Source of the DNA: Candidatus Nezhaarchaeales archaeon
Lineage (GTDB): Archaea; Thermoproteota; Methanomethylicia; Nezhaarchaeales; JAWCJE01
DNA: 64,000 nucleotides
NCBI GenBank assembly: GCA_038853715.1
Contig: JAWCJE010000008.1
Coordinates: 610-64,609 of the forward strand
Reading direction: 5' to 3'
Both the position numbers and the translations under genes were made by a program. The notes under the pieces are model-generated. The model ran no database searches. It saw nothing but the letters and a program-made list of their open reading frames with translations, and was not told where the DNA came from. Shown piece by piece: positions 10,079 to 18,566 of this stretch. Every line of letters starts with the position of its first letter. Position 1 is the first letter of the stretch.

Positions 10079-11797
10079 ATGTCATCAGTTAACCGCGTAG
10101 TTATCATGGATGGATACGACGATGAGCCATCAGGACTTGGCGTACCTCCCTACCTAGACATTTACGCTAGATATACTGCTGGCGCAGTACTTGAGCTATA
10201 TCCGTACTGCGAAGTACTATACTTTACGGTTGATGAGGTTAGAGCCGATTTAAAGTTTTTCCTAAAGGCCGCAGCTAAAGCCCAGCTTACAGTTTTCTTG
10301 GCAGGGGTATGCGTTCCAGGGAAATACTTAGGCGGGGAGCCTGTAAGGCTTAATGAGTTAAAGCTTTGGCCTAGAATGATAACTGGGACAAAGGTTTTAG
10401 GTGGACCCGTAGCTAAGTTCGGCTTCGGCGTTGAGGGGGGCAAGGTAGCGACGCTACCTGAAGAACTACGCGAAGAGTTCGATTTAATTATTACCGGTGA
10501 CGTGGAAGCAGTAGTACACAACTTACTTGAAAATAGATTAAGGGTTGATCGTGTAGACCCTGAGGCGAAGATTGAGGATTTACATCAAGTAAGGGAGATA
10601 GCAATTAGGGGGGCAAGGCTCGTCAAGGATCATCCTTGTTACGGAAGTAACTTGATATGTGAAATTGAGACCTATAGAGGATGCCCTAGGTTTCTAGTTG
10701 GAGGGTGTTCATTCTGTATAGAGCCCCTTTACGGGGAGCCTAGGTTTAGGCCTGTTAACGATATAGCTGAAGAAGTGGCGGCATTACACTACGCAGGTGT
10801 AAAGCACTTTAGGCTTGGAAGGCAGCCTGACCTACTATGTTACATGGCTAAAGGTGTAGGTGAAGTAGAGTTCCCTAAACCTAAACCAAGTGTTTTAAAT
10901 GAGCTTTTTGAAAAAATTCGTAGAGCCGCTCCAACCCTTCAAACCCTTCATATAGATAACGTGAACCCCGGTACCATAGCGCACCACCCAGAGGAAAGTA
11001 AGGAGGCGTGTAAGATCATAGTGAAATATCATACTTCGGGAGACGTAGCAGCCCTCGGCATTGAGTCGGCAGACCCCGAGGTGGTAAAGGCTAACAATTT
11101 AAAGGTTACTCCGGACGAGGCCATGAAGGCCATAGAGGTCATTAACCAAGTAGGAGGTCAACGAGGTGACAACGGTCTTCCCCACCTATTACCGGGTGTT
11201 AACTTTGTTCACGGGTTAATAGGCGAAAGGAGTGAAACGTACGAGTTAAACTTGGAGTTCATGAGGACGGTCCTGGAGAGGGGGTTGCTAGTGAGGAGGA
11301 TAAATATCCGGCAAGTAATGGTTTTCCCCGGTACAAGGATGTGGGACGTTGGTAATCGGATAATAAAGCGGCATAAACACTTGTTCAAAGCGTATAAGGA
11401 GCGTATGCGAAGGACGGTCGACCTCCCAATGATTAGAAAGGTAGTTCCAAAGTGGATAGTGCTAAGAAGGGCTTACATTGAGGCGTACGAGAAGCCCTTT
11501 ACGTATGCGAGACAGCCAGGATCATACCCTATCTTAATCTGTTGCCACGACAAAATCCCGCTCGGAAGGTACATGGACTTTATGGTCGTAGATCATGGAT
11601 ACAGATCAGTAACCGCTATACCTATTCCACTCAACATAAATAACTCTGATATAACGTTGTTAAAAAGTATACCTGGCATCGGAGATAAAAAAGCCGCTAG
11701 GCTAACACTTCATAGACCTTTTAAAAGGTTAAGAGAAGTTGAAGAGATCTTAGGTACCGACATCTACACGAGGATCAAGGAATACGTAGTCCTCTAA
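10079..11797 (+). CDS. Radical SAM-type protein with a C-terminal helix-hairpin-helix (archaeal uncharacterised family)
   Basis: The Cys cluster ETYRGCPRFLVGGCSFC has atypical C-x7-C-x2-C spacing, and the surrounding region looks TIM-barrel-like. The C-terminal segment SIPGIGDKKAARL is an HhH. Confidence 0.55.
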   Translation: MSSVNRVVIMDGYDDEPSGLGVPPYLDIYARYTAGAVLELYPYCEVLYFTVDEVRADLKFFLKAAAKAQLTVFLAGVCVPGKYLGGEPVRLNELKLWPRMITGTKVLGGPVAKFGFGVEGGKVATLPEELREEFDLIITGDVEAVVHNLLENRLRVDRVDPEAKIEDLHQVREIAIRGARLVKDHPCYGSNLICEIETYRGCPRFLVGGCSFCIEPLYGEPRFRPVNDIAEEVAALHYAGVKHFRLGRQPDLLCYMAKGVGEVEFPKPKPSVLNELFEKIRRAAPTLQTLHIDNVNPGTIAHHPEESKEACKIIVKYHTSGDVAALGIESADPEVVKANNLKVTPDEAMKAIEVINQVGGQRGDNGLPHLLPGVNFVHGLIGERSETYELNLEFMRTVLERGLLVRRINIRQVMVFPGTRMWDVGNRIIKRHKHLFKAYKERMRRTVDLPMIRKVVPKWIVLRRAYIEAYEKPFTYARQPGSYPILICCHDKIPLGRYMDFMVVDHGYRSVTAIPIPLNINNSDITLLKSIPGIGDKKAARLTLHRPFKRLREVEEILGTDIYTRIKEYVVL

Positions 11798-11995
11798 GCA
11801 GTCCGATCAGTTTATTAGGGATAAGATCATTCATGACGATACTAAGCATCGTAAACAGGGCGAGAAGGAGGCGATAGACTATTATAAACATTATTAAAGG
11901 GTCCGAAAATTTTAAATCATATTAAAAAGCATAGGTATTAGGTTCTCATTTAGGGGGTTAGAACCGGGTAAGGTGCATTAGGAGGCCTCCTAAAG

Positions 11996-12382
11996 ATGAA
12001 GGGGTTGGGGCGGCATCTAATAATAGAGTTTTACGGCTGCAACCCCGAAATGTTAGCTAACGATGAAAGGATAAAAAAAACTCTACTTCGCTCAATAGAG
12101 GTAATGGGTGGCCACGTAAAGGGTGAATGCCTTTATAAGTTCCCACCTTATGGAGGTATAACCCTCCTAATAGCTATCGCTGAGTCACACGTTTCAATTC
12201 ATACGTGGCCGGAGCATGGCTACGCTGCGATTGACATATTCACGTGCGGATCCAACATGGACCCGTGGAAGGCCTACGACGTCATAATTAACGAGTTTAA
12301 ACCTCGCAAGTTTAACGTTACCGATATAAGAAGAGGGATACTCGAAGAAGGGACCGTGGATAATTCGCATACAATCAAGTAG
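11996..12382 (+). CDS. speH: Pyruvoyl-dependent S-adenosylmethionine decarboxylase proenzyme (SpeH class). In some TACK archaea a paralog of this class acts as arginine decarboxylase.
   Basis: GRHLIIEFYGC and the self-cleavage region AESHVSIHTWPE are present. It is 128 aa and sits directly upstream of speE. Confidence 0.85.
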   Translation: MKGLGRHLIIEFYGCNPEMLANDERIKKTLLRSIEVMGGHVKGECLYKFPPYGGITLLIAIAESHVSIHTWPEHGYAAIDIFTCGSNMDPWKAYDVIINEFKPRKFNVTDIRRGILEEGTVDNSHTIK

Positions 12383-12401
12383 CTACATAGAGGGGCTAAG
12401 G

Positions 12402-13328
12402 TTGATTATTAACGATGATAGGCGAAAAGCACTATTCTTCATCGAACAGCAAACTCCCAACACCTCGGTAATCCATAAAGTTAAGAGAGTGATTCATAGC
12501 GAACGAACAAAGTATCAACAGCTTGATATAATTGAAACTTACGATTACGGGGTTTGCCTCATCCTCGATGGTAAAGTACAGTCGTCCTTAGTTGACGAAT
12601 GGATATACCACGAAGCTTTAGTCCACCCGGCGATGGTAACGCACCCTAAGCCCGAGAGAGTCCTAATAATAGGCGGCGGCGAAGGAGGAGTTGCTAGAGA
12701 AGCTTTAAAACATAACACCGTAAAGGAGGCCCTCATGGTGGATATCGATGAGGGCGTCATCAACGCATCTAAAAAATACTTAAATGAGCTACATCAAGGG
12801 GCTTTTAATGATCCACGTTTAAAATTATTCATAGCGGATGGTAGAGAGTTCCTAAAAACTCAGCCTGATAGTACCTTTGACGTCGTCATCGTTGACGTGA
12901 CAGACCCCCTTGAAGGAGGACCCTCGTACCTCCTCTATACAAAAGAGTTTTACGGAATTCTATATAGGAAGTTAAAAGAAGATGGGGTCATGGTTACTCA
13001 AGCTACTTCTACTTTCTACAGTCCACTATGTTCCACCTCCATTTACGCTACCATTAATTCCATATTCCCTTACTCACGGCCTTATCAAGCATGGATTGCC
13101 TCGTATCATTCAACGTGGGGATTTACTATAGGATCAAAGAAGTATGATCCACTCGAGTTAAGCGAGGATGTGATCGAAGAAAGGTTAAGGGAACGTAGAG
13201 TTAAAGGGTTAAGGTTTTACACAGCTCATCTTCATAAGGCTATCTTTGTCCTTCCAAAGTATTTAATCGAGAGCTTAAGTAAAGGAAGAATAATCGCGGA
13301 TGACCAACCAGTGTTCATGCCTGCATAG
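12402..13328 (+). CDS. speE: Spermidine synthase / polyamine aminopropyltransferase
   Basis: It contains QQLDIIET, ILDGKVQSS, the SAM loop VLIIGGGEGGVARE and VDID. The start codon is TTG. Confidence 0.85.
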   Translation: MIINDDRRKALFFIEQQTPNTSVIHKVKRVIHSERTKYQQLDIIETYDYGVCLILDGKVQSSLVDEWIYHEALVHPAMVTHPKPERVLIIGGGEGGVAREALKHNTVKEALMVDIDEGVINASKKYLNELHQGAFNDPRLKLFIADGREFLKTQPDSTFDVVIVDVTDPLEGGPSYLLYTKEFYGILYRKLKEDGVMVTQATSTFYSPLCSTSIYATINSIFPYSRPYQAWIASYHSTWGFTIGSKKYDPLELSEDVIEERLRERRVKGLRFYTAHLHKAIFVLPKYLIESLSKGRIIADDQPVFMPA

Positions 13329-13512
13329 GTTAAGGCAAACCCAACGACAAGTTAAATTCGAGAATGTGAAAGGAAACGTGGAAAATACGTCACTTGAAAC
13401 GTAGCACTTATGAGCTTAAACGGTTAAACATCGCTTTAAACCTGTCAAGCAGTATAGGTCAGAACTTAAGGCGGTTGTTAACAGGTTAAAACCACGGTAT
13501 ACCTCATAAACC

Positions 13513-13519
13513 TTATAAA
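13513..13519 (+). promoter_or_regulatory. TATA-box-like element upstream of tRNA-Thr
   Basis: TTATAAA is centred about 30 nt upstream of the tRNA 5' end at 13547. Confidence 0.4.
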
Positions 13520-13546
13520 GTTTTAAACGCTTAAACGGTTAAAGAT

Positions 13547-13620
13547 GCCCCGGTAGCTCAGCGTGGTAGAGCGGCAGCCTCGTAAGCTGTTGGCCGCGGG
13601 TTCAAATCCCGCCCGGGGCT
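13547..13620 (+). tRNA. tRNA-Thr(CGU), no intron
   Basis: The fold is GCCCCGG TA GCTC AGCGTGGTA GAGC G GCAGC CTCGTAA GCTGT TGGCC GCGGG TTCAAAT CCCGC CCGGGGC T. This is a clean cloverleaf. CCA is not encoded. Confidence 0.9.
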
Positions 13621-13707
13621 TAAAGAAACATTTAATGTTTGCTCTTAAAGCTACAAACCGTAAAGTTAAAAATTAAAACAACTTCCACTTTATATTTGCA
13701 TGTGGAA

Positions 13708-13820
13708 GCGGGGGTAGCCAAGCTAGGTCAAAGGCGCAGGGATTCATAGTAACGTGAGTTGCGAAACTGAGGCTCCTGTGGCGTAGGCCTTCGTGGGTTC
13801 AAATCCCACCCCCCGCACCA
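13708..13820 (+). tRNA. Class II tRNA with a Leu-type body and a 25-nt intron in the anticodon-loop region. It is probably tRNA-Leu(GAG) with a non-canonical intron on the 5' side of the loop. CCA is encoded.
   Basis: Acceptor GCGGGGG/CCCCCGC, discriminator A73 and a long variable arm are present. The T-arm and variable arm are identical to the tRNA-Leu at 36171. The anticodon stem CAGGG/TCCTG encloses ATTCATAGTAACGTGAGTTGCGAAACTGAGGC. Only the 3'-proximal CTGAGGC gives a normal loop (U33, GAG, G37). Confidence 0.75.
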
Positions 13821-14544
13821 TGATCAGAAGGTTAAAAATGGCTTACGTCGGTAAAGTGGAATAGATTTTTGATGTTAAAAACTCACGACTCAGACCGACA
13901 AAGCTTGAACTCTCAACCTATTGGACGTAGGTTTAACATTAGGACTTCAACGTGAAGAAAGATGCTTAAAAGGAGGCGCTGTTAATCAACGTTATAATCT
14001 TAGGTATGGCTAAGTGGCAATTAGCTGATCTTCTGTTAAGAATTTTAACACTAGTTCTATCTTTAGCGGGTTAAGTCGTTGATAGTTTTAAAGAACTTCT
14101 CCGATCTGGAGCAAGTACCATCACCGATAATGGTGTCTTTAAGCAGAGTTAGGTTCAGCGAGGTTATCCGCTTCCTGAAGCCGTTTTCAACAATGTCGCG
14201 GAGGATACAGTGGTATCGATAAAGGCTATAAGTGTAAGAATAAAGATTCAGCGGATTCAATCCTTTCGCGGTCAGATTCTAAGGGAGATAAGCATTAACG
14301 TACCACGCCGGAAAACACGAACAATTTAACATAAGAGGGACCAAGAAGACAGACAACATCATACTGATAAGCTACTCCCCTCCTAAATAAGGAGAGGCAA
14401 GAAATGGAAGACCAGCTCACGACCCTTTGGGTCCATTGAAATCTACATTTTCATTAGTCTTTTATAAGGCAGTTTAAGCCCCTTCAACGTGTACTTACCC
14501 CCCTCGGCTTATAAGGGGCATCTAAATCACGTTGTATAAATAGA

Positions 14545-14946
14545 ATGGAGAATACCTTAAAGGCTTTCAACAAAGTTGTTAACGAAGTGATTTATGTTAC
14601 TATATTTATTTTTATAGTTTGGCGAAAATACGTGGTTTTCGGCTTCATCATCTACTATAAGGTCCGACAGTTAACTCCTGAAGAAGTACAAAGGTCACGT
14701 GATGAATGGGTAAAGTTTAGAAGGATGACTGAAAGGGAGCTTCACTTAGAGGAACCTGGAGGGGGCGGGGTTAAGGTTATCGGTGAGTACATCCACTGCT
14801 GGGGAGCACCTTACACCGGCTTCCTAGTAGTTGAAGGAAGGGATTTAAAGGCTTTCCATGATTGGTGGCACAAATTCCGCGCCCTCACCAGATGGTACGT
14901 GGAGGAGATACATACAGTAATAGGCGAGAAGGAGGAATTGGTTTAA
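14545..14946 (+). CDS. Hypothetical protein whose C-terminal part resembles DUF3303. The real start is probably downstream of 14545.
   Basis: The C-terminal segment is GVKVIGEYIHCWGAPYTGFLVVEGRDLKAFHDWWHKFRALTRWYVEEIHTVIGEKE. The N-terminal 40 aa are hydrophobic, low-complexity and AT-rich. Confidence 0.35.
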   Translation: MENTLKAFNKVVNEVIYVTIFIFIVWRKYVVFGFIIYYKVRQLTPEEVQRSRDEWVKFRRMTERELHLEEPGGGGVKVIGEYIHCWGAPYTGFLVVEGRDLKAFHDWWHKFRALTRWYVEEIHTVIGEKEELV

Positions 14947-15054
14947 AACGCTTAAATAGGTACTCTTAACGCTTAACCAACTCTTTTTTACCTAAAACTC
15001 GTAACGAAGGATTTTAGCCTAAAAGGACTCAATTCTATCTTTCGATCAAAATGG

Positions 15055-15180
15055 CGCCGGGGGTGGGATTTGAACCCACGAGGCCCGTAAGGGGCCACTG
15101 GCTACCTAGCCTCTCTAATGAAAGGCCTCGAGTCCGGGCTTACGAGCTGGCCAGCGCTTTAACCGCTCAGCCACCCCGGC
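15055..15180 (-). tRNA. Class II tRNA-Ser, anticodon most likely CGA, with 40 nt of intervening sequence in the anticodon region. Two introns are needed to explain it.
   Basis: On the minus strand the acceptor is GCCGGGG/CCCCGGC, the discriminator is G73, the T-arm is GTGGG-TTCAAAT-CCCAC and there is a long variable arm. The stem CTGGC/GCCAG encloses 47 nt. CTCGAG + A is the only Ser-compatible loop in that stretch. Total length is 126 nt. Confidence 0.7.
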
Positions 15181-15217
15181 ATCATTGGTATTAAGTGTAA
15201 ATAACACATATAAGTTT

Positions 15218-15277
15218 TAGTTTTTCACTTCATTAACACTGAAGGTTTAACCAGTCGAAAAAGTACGTATATGTGAA
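15218..15277. repeat. Copy A of a roughly 60-nt intergenic repeat (partner at 30107-30167)
   Basis: Copy A reads tagtttttcacttcattaacactgaaggtttaaccagtcgaaaaagtacgtatatgtgaagc and copy B reads tagtttttcgcttcattaatactgaaggtttaatcaactgaaaaaggtacgcgtacatgaaac. Identity is about 80% by eye. It contains a CTTCA/TGAAG hairpin. Confidence 0.7.
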
Positions 15278-15536
15278 GCACCTTCATCATCAAGCAGTAG
15301 GAGGACTTAAACGATTAACCCCTTAACCTAGTTATTCAGGTAGATCGGCTTATAAATCGTTAACATGTTAACACGAGGGATAGGTGTAAATCCGGCCTTA
15401 CTTTGCGGTATTAAAGCTTAAGGCCTAGGCTTATCTAGCTCTACGTTTAAACCTTTAGGAAGTTACTTCTCTCTTAAAGAATTCTCCGGTAAAAAAATTG
15501 GTTATGTAACCGTGTTTTAACACGTAACGTATATGT

Positions 15537-15588
15537 GTTGTAGTACGTCGTGTAGTTATGTTTAAACGCGTTACTACACGCTTACAAC
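15537..15588. repeat. Extended imperfect inverted repeat (hairpin) just upstream of the LAGLIDADG ORF
   Basis: GTTGTA (15537-42) pairs with TACAAC (15583-88), and CGTGTAGT (15549-56) pairs with ACTACACG (15573-80). The loop is 16 nt. Confidence 0.55.
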
Positions 15589-15634
15589 GCGCGCTACGCT
15601 TAAGCCGCAAGCCCTCCAAACAAAGCTTGAGATA

Positions 15635-16381
15635 ATGCTTAAGAACTGGGCTCACCCGGTGTTCAGGAAAATACTCCGCGCGGAGGCGAGGAGCACTAAA
15701 GACGTGAAGAACGTCAACATATTCAAGCGCATCTACTGCTTCTTGAGGGGTCTAGAACTTAGAAATAAAGGATTAAGCTACGGCGAGATAAGGCGCATTC
15801 TGAGGGATGAGATCGGCTACACACCACCCAAAAGCACCGTTTCAGATTGGCTAAACGGGCGGAAGACGCCGATCGGTAAAATAAGGGTTTTCGATGTATA
15901 CAAGCCCGAGGTTGGCCTCATACTCAGCATGGTTCTAAGTGACGGGAACGAGCGCTTTAAGAGACACCAGCTAGAATACAAGATAAGATTTTACAATACC
16001 AACATTGACTACATAGAGATTTTTAAGAAGGCATTTGAAAAACTGGGGTTCTCAACCTACATTAGGAGGAAAAGGAGGCGGAGAACCGCCTTCGATAAAG
16101 GAGAATGGCGCCTCTCGGTGGACTCGGCTCTGCTGTATTTGTTGCTTAAACACTACGATAAGTACGTAGCGGGGGCGCCAGACGAAGCGGGAAAGGTGCT
16201 CCTAAAGGGACTATGGCTCGGAGATGGACACATAGGCAGAGGCGTGTTCTTCTACAATACTGACCTAAAGCTAACAAGAACCGTGAGTAAGCTACTAAGA
16301 CGTTTCGAAGTGAAGCACAGCATACAGGGACCGTACAAACCACACCCACTGGGGAAAAACCAAGGTACCAAGTGTATGTAA
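15635..16381 (+). CDS. Free-standing LAGLIDADG-type homing-endonuclease-like protein (two motifs) with an N-terminal HTH
   Basis: Motif 1 is GLILSMVLSDGN at about residue 95 and motif 2 is LLKGLWLGDGHIG at about residue 195. The roughly 100-aa spacing is typical of single-chain LAGLIDADG enzymes. The N-terminal segment GLSYGEIRRILRDEIGYTPPKSTVSDWLNG looks like an HTH. Confidence 0.6.
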   Translation: MLKNWAHPVFRKILRAEARSTKDVKNVNIFKRIYCFLRGLELRNKGLSYGEIRRILRDEIGYTPPKSTVSDWLNGRKTPIGKIRVFDVYKPEVGLILSMVLSDGNERFKRHQLEYKIRFYNTNIDYIEIFKKAFEKLGFSTYIRRKRRRRTAFDKGEWRLSVDSALLYLLLKHYDKYVAGAPDEAGKVLLKGLWLGDGHIGRGVFFYNTDLKLTRTVSKLLRRFEVKHSIQGPYKPHPLGKNQGTKCM

Positions 16382-16660
16382 GATCGCAAAGCAGACAGCG
16401 GCTCTTAAAGCTAATAGGCCACCCGAGCCCCAAAGCTCCTCATATCCTTCTTAAAACACTTACATAAGTGTAGCGCCGGGGATGGGATTGTTGTGAGGAG
16501 GCTATTTTAACTTGACTTTTAGGGGGCTTTCAAGCCTGAAACTGGCCTTGATATGCTCCCTTATTTCCTTAAGCTTTCCGTCGTAACGTTCTTTGAGCTT
16601 CTCCTAGTTCTCCAAACCTTACCTTTTAACACACTCCGGCTTCCTCGTACAGCCTCCTCC

Positions 16661-17671
16661 TTAGCGTTGAATGGTAGGTTTACGAATAACTAAATCAGCT
16701 ATGTCTATACAGTTCTCCCTTATCCTTCTTAAGGAGGTTAATATCTCGCTCAAGTGGACAGCTACTGGGGATTGTTCCTTTATTACTTCTTGGTTTAGGT
16801 CTTCAATCATATTTAACGTCTCCTGCCCCATTTTCAATCTAACGAGTATTTCGGCTTGCTTGATGTCGGCGTTAAATAGTGATTGCATAGCTTTCTCCTG
16901 CATTTGCTTAATCAGCTCGCTAAGTTTTACTATCTTATCTAAGACCTCCGGTTTCACCTCCTTATCTTTTAAGGATATAACGTTTCGCGCTATGGAAACC
17001 GCCTGATCCCCTATTGACTCTAAAGCACGAGCAACAAGACGGTAGTCCAACGTCTCCATTAGGCTTACTTCAGCTTTTTCTGATAGACTTGGATTTTGGA
17101 TAATTGCCCTTAACTGCCTTACAATTAAAAAGTATATCTTGTTTAAATCGCTGTCCCTATTAATAACACTACCAGCCAGTTCGTAATCATGCTCTTTGAG
17201 GGCTGTTATCGCATCGGTATGCATCTGAAAAGCAAGAATACTCGCCCTTCTAAGTAGCGTTTTAATCGGTATGGCTAATGGAGAAAGTAAGCATTGAAGC
17301 ACTATTTCTTGGGGCTTTTCCTCTACGATCTCTATGCCCGTAAGCATTGCTAACACCTCTTTAATCTTTTCCCGCTGGCTTAACGTTATTCTATGAGGTG
17401 ATTTTATGCGAATTACGTCAGCGCCCAGAAGGTAATTACCTAGAACCTCCCTACCAACGACATCGGATAACTCTATTACCGCTACCGTTTGCCTTTCCTC
17501 CTCCTCAGTAATTTTAGGCTTTACGAGAAGGGATCCGTCGCCTATTTCCAACACCTCTACTAAAGAGCCGCTTTTAAGCCCTACACGAGTAACCCATCGC
17601 TTAGGTAATGATACAAGATACGAACCACTACGAGTAACGTGAAGTTTTCGAAACTCTACGTTTAACGGCAA
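16661..17671 (-). CDS. AbrB/SpoVT-domain plus PhoU-domain protein (archaeal PhoU-like phosphate uptake regulator homolog)
   Basis: The N-terminus SGSYLVSLPKRWVTRVGLKSGSLVEV is AbrB-like. It is followed by two helical PhoU-like repeats. Length is 336 aa. Confidence 0.7.
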   Translation of the reverse strand: MPLNVEFRKLHVTRSGSYLVSLPKRWVTRVGLKSGSLVEVLEIGDGSLLVKPKITEEEERQTVAVIELSDVVGREVLGNYLLGADVIRIKSPHRITLSQREKIKEVLAMLTGIEIVEEKPQEIVLQCLLSPLAIPIKTLLRRASILAFQMHTDAITALKEHDYELAGSVINRDSDLNKIYFLIVRQLRAIIQNPSLSEKAEVSLMETLDYRLVARALESIGDQAVSIARNVISLKDKEVKPEVLDKIVKLSELIKQMQEKAMQSLFNADIKQAEILVRLKMGQETLNMIEDLNQEVIKEQSPVAVHLSEILTSLRRIRENCIDIADLVIRKPTIQR

Positions 17672-17936
17672 ACGCTTTCACCGATCCGCTTTTGAAGGTG
17701 GAAGTACAACCTTAAATAAGTTACCCGTAAACATCCCATCAAGCCAAGGACTTAACCTGTAAGCGTAGAGAGGGCTTCAAAATGGCTAATAGTATATAAT
17801 AGTATGACCTCTCATGATAAACTCAACGCCATCGTAACTGTTATGTTTTTAAGCAATATTAGCTTAAAGGTTATGTGGACTACATTAACTGAGGTTCGTA
17901 TGCCTTGGAAAAGGTCAAAAGGTAGGAGCTTCCTTC

Positions 17937-18566
17937 ATGAGGCCTCCAATTAAAGTAGTCGGCATCGACCTAGCTGGATCCTCAAGGTCGTGGAGCGGCT
18001 GGGCATTTATTAGTGATGACAAGCTAGTGGTCAAGGTTTTAAGGAGTGATGGCGAGATACTTCAGGAAACATTTAGGGTAAGCCCATTACTCGTCGCTAT
18101 TGATGCCCCCCTCACCACACCATCTAAGGGGATAGCTCGACCCGTAGATCTAGATATGCGTAGAAAGGGTTACCCGGTACTTCCACCGCTCTTCCCTGGG
18201 ATGAAGGATTTAACCAATAGGGCTATAAGGCTTAAGAATGAAGTAGTTCAGAAAGGGATAGAAGTCGTAGAAGTACATCCCTTATCTAGTAGGCGTGCCT
18301 TAGCGCTACCCCTTAAAGAATGGGAGAAGCTACGTGAAGCTTTAAAGCTGATGGGCTTTAAGGGCGATATTGATAGGGAGTTAAACCAGCACGAGTTGGA
18401 CGCGGTAGTGTGCGCGTACACAGGCTCCCTCTACCTAATAAATGAGGTAGAGATAGTAGGCGACCGTGAAGCCTTTATCGTGCTCCCTAAACCTGGTAAG
18501 CCGTTAACCATGAGCGAGGTGATATTCAGGTGGAGAAGTCAGCAAACAGGGTTGAGAAGGCTTTAA
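17937..18566 (+). CDS. DUF429-like predicted RNase H-fold protein
   Basis: It contains VVGIDLAGS, VAIDAPL and HELDAVVCAYTG. The assignment is from memory of the family. The 3' end overlaps the polB ORF start call. Confidence 0.4.
   Translation: MRPPIKVVGIDLAGSSRSWSGWAFISDDKLVVKVLRSDGEILQETFRVSPLLVAIDAPLTTPSKGIARPVDLDMRRKGYPVLPPLFPGMKDLTNRAIRLKNEVVQKGIEVVEVHPLSSRRALALPLKEWEKLREALKLMGFKGDIDRELNQHELDAVVCAYTGSLYLINEVEIVGDREAFIVLPKPGKPLTMSEVIFRWRSQQTGLRRL

Noticed and set aside
13708-13820. Reading this gene as an opal-suppressor or Sec-like tRNA(UCA)
   Set aside because: The body is Leu-type (A73, with arms identical to tRNA-Leu(UAA)). The UCA reading gives U37 and A32. TGA is used as an ordinary stop in well-supported genes in the window. 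The alternative splice gives a normal Leu(GAG) loop. I kept it as a finding because the splice choice needs confirmation.
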